A DNA stretch of 62,166 bases, filler included. It is 3 parts of 3 records of this genome, joined end to end, with 100 filler letters (N's around TTAATTAATTAA, not from the genome) between each part and the next. Parts side by side here need not be neighbours in the genome. Positions count along the whole stretch, not along the records: positions 28,771 to 50,849 come from DRR723986_9877; 2 more parts are not named here. One strand, written 5' to 3'. Shown piece after piece: positions 39,183 through 47,347 of this stretch. The translations under genes were made by a program, and so were the position numbers. The notes under the pieces were generated by a model that saw nothing but the letters and a program-made list of their open reading frames with translations, was not told the origin of the DNA and searched no databases. Every line of letters starts with the position of its first letter. The first letter of the stretch is position 1.

Positions 39183-40970
39183 TCAATTGAAGGTCAGCCG
39201 CACGGGACGGGAATGGCGGGTGTGGCGCGTCTGGTTGTGGTCAAACGCCGAGACCCACATGAAGAGACCATCCTTCATGGCAAGGTCCTGGCTCTGGCCG
39301 GTATCCATGTTCCGGACAACTTCAAGTGTCCAGTGGCCGTCCTGCCACCTGGATCCACCCAGCAGATCTGCCCGGCTGCCGGAATATTCACCCTGGATGA
39401 GCACACCTGGAATGACCGTTCCGACCGGTATTTCCGCGTCCTTTTCCGGCGAGTACGGTACGCTTTCGTTTTCGAACATCCACCACTGCGACCCCTCGTC
39501 TTCGATCGCTTCGGTGGACAGATCGATGGTGCCCATCAACGACGTCATTTTCTTGTGGTCGATCGGAAGCCGGTGCACGCCGACCGTCCCATGATAATGG
39601 GTCACGGGATCGCCGATGTAATTGTAGACGTAGAATGCCTTGCCTTCGTCGGGATTGTAGCCGGCGCTGTAGCGGCTCTTGCCGGCAGCCTGGGCTTCGT
39701 TCGGTTCCACGGGTGTTGCGAAGTGCATGTCGTCGACGCGCCCCAGCATGCCGCCGCGCGCCGCTTTCCATTGCCACACGTCCACCAGGCTGCCATCGGT
39801 CGTATAGTGCAGGCCGCGGTAATTGAAAGCGCCTGGTTTGTCACTCAGAGGCTTCGGGCCCATGTGGGTGGCACCGCCGCCACCAAAGGTGTCGGTGGTG
39901 GAAAAGGCAACCGAGAACTTGTCCTCGTAATAGGCGGTCTCGTCGGAAATGTCGGCCCGGTTGTTCAGCATGTGCCAGCCGTCTTCACGCTTGATCAGCG
40001 GATGCCGCTTCAACGACCGGTTCTTGTCTTCCCAGCGGAAGGCAAACGCGATCTTGTCCCCCACTTGGACGGCACGTACTTCGACGGTGGATTCTCCCGT
40101 TCCGTCCAGGTTCGAGCCTTGCTGTGTCCGGATGAAAACAGGGGTCGCGTCCTGCCAGACCGGATCGTCCAGCGTGCCGTCCAGCTCCGGCAGGGTGGTG
40201 CCCTTGGCAACGACAAGGCTGTCGCGTGTGCCGAAATCGAGGCTGACGGCGCCAACAAGCACGATTGCGCCCAGGGCAGTCGCCAGGGCCAGCGGGTGAC
40301 GGCTCATCCCCGGGAAGCGGCGCAGCGCTTGCGGACGGAACAGCCGCAGCAACTGTGCAACGCCGCCATAACAATAATGCAGCACCACATGGGCAACGAT
40401 ATAGGTCAGCACCACGAGGGCGGCCGTGTAATGCACGGTCACCCAGATGCCACCATGACCGATATAAAGCAGGACGCCCGTCGCCGACAGGGTGAGCACG
40501 GCCCCGAACAGGATCCAGTAGGCGATGACGTTGACCGCGGCCAGGCGCAGCTTGGTGCTGGCGGGAAGCGTCAGAACAACGATCTTCTTGGAGGAAATGC
40601 GCCGTTTCAGTCGGCCAAGCGTCATATAGGCCGCATAGGCAAAGATAACCGCCAGAACGAATATCGCCGACACATAGTGCCAGGTCCAGATTTCACCCTG
40701 TGGCAGGATCGGTTCGAAAAGTTTGGAGAACCAGGCGTGTTCCGCATCCGCCGACAGACGCATGCCCGTCAGCAGGCTGGTGACGATCGCGATAACCAGC
40801 GTCCAGTGCAGGAGGATCGTGCCGATGTCGCTGCGTACCGGAGGGCTGCGGTCCTCGGGTCTTTTCGCCGCGCTATCCGCGCCATTGGCGTGCCGGCCTG
40901 TTTGGGATTTCTTGGATGAATTGGACGATGAAGGCAGTTCCAGGGCGTGATCAGTCACTTGGTCCGTCAA
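39183..40970 (-). CDS. Di-heme cytochrome b fused to an ethylbenzene-dehydrogenase-gamma-like (EB_dh) periplasmic domain
   Basis: TM helices with LLHW, TWHY, TVHY and VAH His ligands; C-terminal LDG.LDDPVW, YYEDK, DVWQWKA, WTLEVVR, FDH; TTG start after GGAGG (ORF is open from 40994). Confidence 0.75.
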   Translation of the reverse strand: MTDQVTDHALELPSSSNSSKKSQTGRHANGADSAAKRPEDRSPPVRSDIGTILLHWTLVIAIVTSLLTGMRLSADAEHAWFSKLFEPILPQGEIWTWHYVSAIFVLAVIFAYAAYMTLGRLKRRISSKKIVVLTLPASTKLRLAAVNVIAYWILFGAVLTLSATGVLLYIGHGGIWVTVHYTAALVVLTYIVAHVVLHYCYGGVAQLLRLFRPQALRRFPGMSRHPLALATALGAIVLVGAVSLDFGTRDSLVVAKGTTLPELDGTLDDPVWQDATPVFIRTQQGSNLDGTGESTVEVRAVQVGDKIAFAFRWEDKNRSLKRHPLIKREDGWHMLNNRADISDETAYYEDKFSVAFSTTDTFGGGGATHMGPKPLSDKPGAFNYRGLHYTTDGSLVDVWQWKAARGGMLGRVDDMHFATPVEPNEAQAAGKSRYSAGYNPDEGKAFYVYNYIGDPVTHYHGTVGVHRLPIDHKKMTSLMGTIDLSTEAIEDEGSQWWMFENESVPYSPEKDAEIPVGTVIPGVLIQGEYSGSRADLLGGSRWQDGHWTLEVVRNMDTGQSQDLAMKDGLFMWVSAFDHNQTRHTRHSRPVRLTFN

Positions 40971-41467
40971 CTTTTCCTCCAAGGCCGCCAGCAATGCGAC
41001 CGGGTTACCGGCATAGGTTGTGCAACCGGATGTCGGGAAATTTCAAAGCGCTTTGCCTAAAAAATATCACATTTTAACAAAAGTGAAGAAAAAATGGCGA
41101 ATACAACTGGCATTAAACCTATCCGGGTGGTTTTGCGCATGCTTAAAAATCTTCCTCTTGGGAAAAAAATTCAGATGACTGAAGAACAATATTGGCGGGA
41201 AGGCACGTGATCGTGAAAAAGAAACGATCATGAAGAATGATCGGGAAAGTAGAGAATTGATATTCCAATATATAGGTAGAATATCAGGTGGATCGTTTGA
41301 AAGTTGCTTTAAATTTGTGCAACGCAACTGCACGTCTTCCTGAATGCTGCTTTCCCCTGGGCTTATGCAGGAATTAAGCGGAACAGCGAAGTCGGCCCGC
41401 CGTTAACGCAAGTGAAATGGGGTTGCGGCAATGCGGGAGTAAGCCTTCTGCCTCTGGCATGAGCACT

Positions 41468-41509
41468 TTGATGCAAGTCATACGAACGCAATCATTTCTC
41501 TCTTAACTT
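41468..41509 (+). promoter_or_regulatory. Putative Fnr/FixK-type site with -10 element
   Basis: TTGAT-GCAA-GTCAT (41468-41481) and TAACTT at 41504-41509, spaced as in a class II promoter. Confidence 0.35.
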
Positions 41510-41646
41510 CATTTTGGTTGAAGCAAGTTGGGTGCCGGGCAACAGTTCAGGTTGTGTGGGATCGAAAAACCCGCCTAAGATGGTTTGCGTTGCAGCAGAA
41601 CGGGTTTTGCCCGATGTGAGTTAATTTCCTTCCCAAGGGGGCGTTA

Positions 41647-43014
41647 ATGCTGGTCTCCCACACACGGATTGTCGATATCGTTGGCGATATCATTCGCATT
41701 CAGGTGTCTTCGACGAAGAGCGAGTCGGAGGGGCGCCCGTGCTTGGGTGATCTGGCACTGGTCGATTCAGGCGATGGTGCGACGTCTCTCGCACAGGTCA
41801 TCAACATCGACCGGGACATGGTTTCGCTGCAGGTCAATTCCGGCACCAAGGGCCTCGCCAACAATTCGTCCGTACGTTTTCTGGGTGAGCCGGCCAAGGT
41901 CACCTATTCCGACAATATCCTCGGCCGTGTGTTCGACGGTGCGGGGCAGCCGATTGACCGGGGCCCGGATCTGTCCAGCGACCCTTCCGTCCCGATCGGC
42001 GGACCGTCCGCCAACCCGATGAAGCGCGTGCTTGCCTCGCGCATGATCCGCACAGATGTGCCGATGATCGATATCTTCAACTGCCTCGTGGAAAGTCAGA
42101 AGATCCCGATCTTCTCGGTTTCCGGCGAACCCTATAACCCGTTTCTGGCACGTATCGGCATCCAGGCAGACGCCGATATCGTGGTGTTCGGCGGCCTCGG
42201 GCTGATCTTCGACGACTATGCCTTTTTCCGGCAGCAGTTCGAGGATGCGGGCGTTTTCCCGCGCACGGTCATGTTCATCAACCAGGCGTCCGATCCGGTG
42301 GTCGAGCGTCTGCAGGTTCCGGACATGGCCCTTGCGGTTGCGGAAAAATTCGCCGTTGAGGAAGGCAAGCGCGTTCTGGTGCTGCTTACCGACATGACCG
42401 CCTTCGCAGATGCCATGAAGGAAGTCTCCATTGCGATGGAGCGGGTGCCCGCCAACCGGGGCTATCCGGGCGATCTTTATTCCCAGCTGGCCCGACGTTA
42501 CGAAAAGGCCTGCGATTTCAAGGGCTCAGGCTCGGTCACCATCCTTACGGTCACGACAATGCCGGGCAATGACGTCACCCATCCGGTGCCGGACAACACC
42601 GGCTACATCACCGAAGGCCAGTTCTATCTGCACAGCGGCGTTCTGGATCCCTTCGGCTCGCTGTCCCGATTGAAGCAGCATGTCATCGGCAAAGTGACGC
42701 GTGAGGATCACAACCAGATCATGAACACCATGATCCGCTTTTATTCCGGCGCGCGCGATGCGGAGCAGAAGCAGTCCATGGCGTTCGAATTGTCGGAATA
42801 CGACCACCAGCTTCTGAAGTTTGGCGGCCTTTTCCGGCGGCGTTTCATGGATATCGATGTCGCAATGCCCTTGGAGGAGGCGCTTGACCTGTGCTGGCAG
42901 ACGCTTGCCGAATGCTTCCAGCCGGAACAGCTGCTGATGAAGCAGGGGCTGATCGACAAGTATTTCCCGAAAAAGAAACCTGCCGGCGGGGCGTCTGACG
43001 AGGAGGCTGCCTGA
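41647..43014 (+). CDS. ntpB: V/A-type ATP synthase subunit B
   Basis: SQKIPIFS, LLTDMT, RGYPGDLYS, THPVPDNTGYITEGQ, SLSRL; no Walker A. Confidence 0.95.
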   Translation: MLVSHTRIVDIVGDIIRIQVSSTKSESEGRPCLGDLALVDSGDGATSLAQVINIDRDMVSLQVNSGTKGLANNSSVRFLGEPAKVTYSDNILGRVFDGAGQPIDRGPDLSSDPSVPIGGPSANPMKRVLASRMIRTDVPMIDIFNCLVESQKIPIFSVSGEPYNPFLARIGIQADADIVVFGGLGLIFDDYAFFRQQFEDAGVFPRTVMFINQASDPVVERLQVPDMALAVAEKFAVEEGKRVLVLLTDMTAFADAMKEVSIAMERVPANRGYPGDLYSQLARRYEKACDFKGSGSVTILTVTTMPGNDVTHPVPDNTGYITEGQFYLHSGVLDPFGSLSRLKQHVIGKVTREDHNQIMNTMIRFYSGARDAEQKQSMAFELSEYDHQLLKFGGLFRRRFMDIDVAMPLEEALDLCWQTLAECFQPEQLLMKQGLIDKYFPKKKPAGGASDEEAA

Positions 43015-43637
43015 TGGCAAGGCTGGCCCTCAACAAGTCGTCTCTGGCCCGGGAAAGCGGACAGCTCTCGGAATACAAGCGCTTCCTGCCGTCTCTTGAG
43101 CTGAAGAGGCTCCAGATCATGGCCGAGCGCGCCAAGGCGAAGGAAGCAGCCGTCCGCCTCGAGGCGGAGTATGAGGAGCGTTTCAACGCTCTTGCGCGGT
43201 CCCTGCCGATGATGGCCAACAAGCATGTCCCGCTGGAAGGGCTCGTGGTGTTGAAGCAGGCCGTCGTCGGCGAGCAGAACCTCTCCGGCACCCGGTTGCC
43301 GGTCCTGGAGGATATCGAGGTCGAGACGAAACCCTATTCCCGTCTGGCGCGCCCGCATTGGGTCGACCCCTATGTCGCAGGCATGCAGGAACTGTTGCGG
43401 CTCAACAAGGAGCGGGAAATTGCCAAGGAGCGTATTGCCCGACTGATCGAGGCCGAAGCGGTTATCTCTCGCAGGGTCAACCTGTTCGAAAAGGTGCTGA
43501 TCCCGCAGGCGGAACGCAACATCAAGAAAATCCGCATGGCCCTGGCGGACGCGGAACGCGATGCCGTGGTTCGTGCCAAGATCTCCAAACGCAAGACGGC
43601 AGCTCGCGGCGCCGAAACCTCGGTGGCCGAGCTATGA
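43014..43637 (+). CDS. ntpD: V/A-type ATP synthase subunit D
   Basis: LPSLELKR, RRVNLFEKVLIP. Confidence 0.93.
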   Translation: MARLALNKSSLARESGQLSEYKRFLPSLELKRLQIMAERAKAKEAAVRLEAEYEERFNALARSLPMMANKHVPLEGLVVLKQAVVGEQNLSGTRLPVLEDIEVETKPYSRLARPHWVDPYVAGMQELLRLNKEREIAKERIARLIEAEAVISRRVNLFEKVLIPQAERNIKKIRMALADAERDAVVRAKISKRKTAARGAETSVAEL

Positions 43638-45427
43638 CCATCGTCCCGCTCGTCAAGGTGAATCTGGTCGGCATCCTTGAGGACAAGGACAAGGTGCTGG
43701 AAGCCACGCAGGAATTCGGTGCCCTGCACCTGATCCCCCTGACTTCGGCACAAAAGGAACTGGAAGCCGTTCCCGCAGGCCGGGGGCGCGAAGCGAGCGA
43801 AGCCCTGCGCTGGCTCATGGACAGCAAGGCGCAGCGTCGTCCTGTCACCCATCTTGACGACTTCGACCTGGAGACGGTCGTTCAAAAGACGCTTGCCAAC
43901 CGCAAGGCGCTTCGTGACTGCGAAGACCGGGTGGCGCGCCTTGACCAGCGCATTCAGGATGTGGAGCCCTGGGGCGAATTCAGCTTTTCCGACCTGGCCG
44001 AAATCGGCGAGCACCGGCTGTGGTTCTACGTGGTGCCCAACGCCAAGATCAAGCTGATCGATCCTTCCGACAAGATCCTGGAGATCGTCCACCGCGACAA
44101 GTACCGCAGCTACATCGTGTTGCTTTCTCCGGAAGAACCGGCGGCAAATGCCATGCCGGTGCCGCGCGTTCACGTGGGGGCGGAGGCGCTCTCGGTGCTT
44201 CGGCGTCAACATGAAGATGCGACCATCCAACTGGAAGAGCTGGAGCTGCAGCGTCAGGCTCTCACCAAATGGCGGTTCGTGCTGGCGCAGAACCTTGCCG
44301 CCGCTCGAGACCATTCCGCCCGCCACAGGGCGTCGCTCGAAACAGCGGACACCGAGCAGGTCTTCGTGCTTCAGGCCTGGGCGCGGCGGGACCAGGTCGC
44401 GGAGGTCCGCACGCTTTCGGACAGTCTCGGCATCGCCCTGCTGGTGACGGATGTCGAAGTGGCCGATGCGCCCCCCACGCTTCTCGACAACAGCCCGGCG
44501 CTGGAAGCAGGAGAGGATCTGGTCGAATTCTACCAGACCCCCGGCTACAGAGGGTGGGACCCTTCGGCAATCGTCTATGTTTCCTTCGTGATCTTCTTCG
44601 GCATGATCATGACGGACGCGGGCTATGGCCTGCTTCTTCTTCTGCTGTTGTACCTGTTCCGGGCGCGCTTCAAAGGTTCGGCTTTGGGCCGGCGCATGTT
44701 CCGCATGTCCGTCTGGCTGATGATCTCGACGGCGGCCTTTGGCGTGGCAACGGGTAGCTACTTCGGTGTCGCGCCTCCCGAAGACACGTTTCTCGCACGC
44801 CTGAAGGTGCTGCATCTGAAGGACGTCGACACGATGATGAAGATCACGCTGACTATCGGCGTGACCCATATCGTCATCGCCAACCTGATGCGCGCCTGGC
44901 ACGAAACGAGCCTGAGCGGTCGCCTGCAGCCTGTCGGCTGGTGTCTGGTGGCACTCGGTGGCCTGGCAACGTTTCTGGGGCAGGGCACTTCCATTGCGGT
45001 TGCCAGCCCGGGCGCGGTGGTTGCTGGGCTCCTGCTGGTCGGCATCTTCGGCAGCGACCGCAAGGTGACATCGCTCAAGACCGGCGGCCTCAGGGTTTTT
45101 GATGGCCTCGCCTCGCTGGCCCGTATCGTCAACATTTTCTCTGATGTTCTCAGCTACATGCGCTTGTTTGCGCTGGGGCTTGCGGCAGCGTCGCTTGCCG
45201 AAACCATCAATTCGCTCTCGGGCCAGCTCAACCACGCGGTTCCTGGCGTCGGTCTGCTGATCGCCATCGCGGTTCTTGTGCTCGGGCACGCCATCAATAT
45301 CGGGCTGGGGCTGATCGCCGGCTGCGTGCATGGCCTGCGTCTGAATGTCATTGAATTTTTCAATTGGGGTTTGAAGGACGAGGGCACGCCTTTCCGTCCG
45401 TTCAAGAAAGAGGAGACACGCCTGTGA
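43634..45427 (+). CDS. ntpI: V/A-type ATP synthase subunit I (a)
   Basis: PPTLL.N, DP, FFGMIMTDAGYG, essential Arg in SYMRL, HGLRLNVIEFF. Confidence 0.94.
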   Translation: MTIVPLVKVNLVGILEDKDKVLEATQEFGALHLIPLTSAQKELEAVPAGRGREASEALRWLMDSKAQRRPVTHLDDFDLETVVQKTLANRKALRDCEDRVARLDQRIQDVEPWGEFSFSDLAEIGEHRLWFYVVPNAKIKLIDPSDKILEIVHRDKYRSYIVLLSPEEPAANAMPVPRVHVGAEALSVLRRQHEDATIQLEELELQRQALTKWRFVLAQNLAAARDHSARHRASLETADTEQVFVLQAWARRDQVAEVRTLSDSLGIALLVTDVEVADAPPTLLDNSPALEAGEDLVEFYQTPGYRGWDPSAIVYVSFVIFFGMIMTDAGYGLLLLLLLYLFRARFKGSALGRRMFRMSVWLMISTAAFGVATGSYFGVAPPEDTFLARLKVLHLKDVDTMMKITLTIGVTHIVIANLMRAWHETSLSGRLQPVGWCLVALGGLATFLGQGTSIAVASPGAVVAGLLLVGIFGSDRKVTSLKTGGLRVFDGLASLARIVNIFSDVLSYMRLFALGLAAASLAETINSLSGQLNHAVPGVGLLIAIAVLVLGHAINIGLGLIAGCVHGLRLNVIEFFNWGLKDEGTPFRPFKKEETRL

Positions 45428-45873
45428 ACGAATTCGTTGTGGCTCTCGGCTGGTTTGGGCTGTTCGCGCCGGTCGCCCTCGGCGCCATCGGCAGCGCCTG
45501 GGGCTGCGCCCTTGGCGGTAGCGCCGCGATCGGCGCCATGCTGGACAGCGACGGTGGTTACGGCCGCTTCATCGGTGTTTCGCTGATGCCGTCGTCCCAG
45601 GTGATCTACGGCATCGTGATCATGTTCTCGTTGCAGCAGCCCACCATTGATGCAGCCAATGGCGCCGCGCTTTTCGGCATCGGCCTCCTGTCTGGCGTCA
45701 CCATGCTCTACACCGGCATTCGCCAGGGCGAGGTGCTCGCCTCGGCCATTCATGCCTCAAAGGCCAAGCCGGAAATCTTCGGCATTTCCCTCGCTCCGGC
45801 GGCGGTGCTGGAAGGCTTTTCGGTCTTTGCTCTCGTCTTCGCGCTGGTCCTGTCCGGCTCGATCCCCGCTTAG
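45424..45873 (+). CDS. ntpK: V/A-type ATP synthase subunit K (c), 4-TM
   Basis: Duplicated hairpin; PSSQVIYG, RQG, VLEGF; GTG start overlapping the ntpI stop. Confidence 0.92.
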   Translation: MNEFVVALGWFGLFAPVALGAIGSAWGCALGGSAAIGAMLDSDGGYGRFIGVSLMPSSQVIYGIVIMFSLQQPTIDAANGAALFGIGLLSGVTMLYTGIRQGEVLASAIHASKAKPEIFGISLAPAAVLEGFSVFALVFALVLSGSIPA

Positions 45874-45897
45874 GGCCAGAAGGAACAGGAGGCGGCA

Positions 45898-46599
45898 ATG
45901 TCCAAACATGACGCAGCAGACGACCTGGAGAACGCCGCTGGTGCCGGTGTCCAGGCGCTTATCGAACGGCTGAAGTCCGAAGGCGTGGCCGCGGGCCAGT
46001 CGGAGGGGGATGCCATCCTGGCCAAGGCCAGGGAAAAGGCGGAAACGATCGTTGTGGAAGCAAGGCAGAAGGCGGACAGCCTGCTGGCTGATGCAAGAGC
46101 GGAAGCGGCCAGGGAAAAGGCGGCGACGGAAGACGGGCTGAAGGTTGCCGCGCGCGATCTTGTCCTCAGCCTGCGCAATGAGCTGGGCGACCGCATTCAG
46201 CAGGAAGCCGGCCGGCTGGTGGCAACCACACTTGCCGACCAGGAATTCCTGAAAAACCTCATTCTGGCGATGGCCGCCAACGCAAAGGACAATGCGTCGG
46301 TCAGCGACGCTGAGCCGATGGAGATCGTCCTGCCGGAGAAGGTCGTCACCTTCGAGGAGTTGAAGCAATCGCCCGAGGCGGTCGAGCCGGGAACCCTCAC
46401 CCACTTCGTGATTGCGCTTGCGGGCGAAGCGTTGCGGCAAGGGGTCACCTTCTCCACCGCACCGGGCTTTGACGGTATCAAGGTGAAGTTGACCGACAGG
46501 GACGTTTCCATCGATCTGACCGAAGAAGCGATCGCGACACTGTTGAAGCGGCACCTGCAACCGCGCCTCAGAGCGGTGATGGAAGGGGTGCTGCGCTGA
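45898..46599 (+). CDS. ntpE: V/A-type ATP synthase subunit E
   Basis: GVQALIERLKSEGV, coiled coil, GIKV, DLTEEAIA..L...L.PRL. Confidence 0.88.
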   Translation: MSKHDAADDLENAAGAGVQALIERLKSEGVAAGQSEGDAILAKAREKAETIVVEARQKADSLLADARAEAAREKAATEDGLKVAARDLVLSLRNELGDRIQQEAGRLVATTLADQEFLKNLILAMAANAKDNASVSDAEPMEIVLPEKVVTFEELKQSPEAVEPGTLTHFVIALAGEALRQGVTFSTAPGFDGIKVKLTDRDVSIDLTEEAIATLLKRHLQPRLRAVMEGVLR

Positions 46600-46600
46600 C

Positions 46601-47347
46601 ATGAGCCGGCCGCACCAATATATCGCGCTGGTGTCCAGCCTGCCCCATCTTGGCAAGCTGTTCTCGCGCAAGGACGTGCCGGTCTCGGGGTTCCGCTTGA
46701 AGCAGCGGCTGTCAATGCTGGAGCCCGCGCATGCGAGCCTGCTGCGCGAGATGGTGGAGGTGACGGCCTGGGCCGGTGTTGCCGGTTATGATCGCGACAT
46801 CGATGTGATCCGGCGGGCAAACAAGGTTCTTGCCGATCTGGCTGCCTATCCGGATCTGCAACATCTTGTCGGGGCACGCATGGAAACGCGGACGCTGATT
46901 GCAGCGCTGCGCCGACGCCGGGATGGACAGGAAAGCGCCGGAGATATCGAAAACTGGGGCTTCGGCCGCTGGTGCGCACAGGTCAAGGCCAACTGGAGCG
47001 ACCCGACCTTCGGTCTCGGCCATTTCATGCCGTGGGTGGGCGAGGCTCACCAACTGATGCGGGCGGGCGATCACATCGCCATGGAACGTCTTGTCCTCAC
47101 CCAGGTCTTCCGGCAGATGGGCCATTACGGCAACCTGCATGAATTCGATTTCGAGGCCGTTGCGATCTACGTGCTGCGCTGGGTGATCGTGGAACGCTGG
47201 TCACGCTACAACGAGGCCGATGCACGTGCCCGGCTGGCCACGCTCGTGGCGTCAGCCCTTGGTGGCAAGACGGGCGACGGCAGTCAAGCCGGCCGGCCGG
47301 ACCTTTTCTCAGACTTCACTTCTGCCCTTGAGGGAGCCCCTTCATGA
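46601..47347 (+). CDS. DUF2764 family protein (probable V/A-ATPase subunit C)
   Basis: YIALVSSLP, FDFEAV..Y.L....ERW; position between subunits E and A. Confidence 0.8.
   Translation: MSRPHQYIALVSSLPHLGKLFSRKDVPVSGFRLKQRLSMLEPAHASLLREMVEVTAWAGVAGYDRDIDVIRRANKVLADLAAYPDLQHLVGARMETRTLIAALRRRRDGQESAGDIENWGFGRWCAQVKANWSDPTFGLGHFMPWVGEAHQLMRAGDHIAMERLVLTQVFRQMGHYGNLHEFDFEAVAIYVLRWVIVERWSRYNEADARARLATLVASALGGKTGDGSQAGRPDLFSDFTSALEGAPS

Noticed and set aside
39123-40919. 598-aa + strand ORF opposite the cytochrome b-EB_dh gene
   Set aside because: Antisense shadow with no RBS or domain signal; the minus-strand ORF carries the motifs.
41040-41340. AT-rich tract as a mobile-element boundary or small gene (41067-41333 ORF)
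   Set aside because: No integrase, transposase, tRNA or direct repeats seen; the ORF is Phe-rich and low-complexity, consistent with non-coding DNA.
43370-45331. 653-aa antisense ORF over ntpI
   Set aside because: Shadow ORF typical of high-GC codon bias, with no recognisable motifs.
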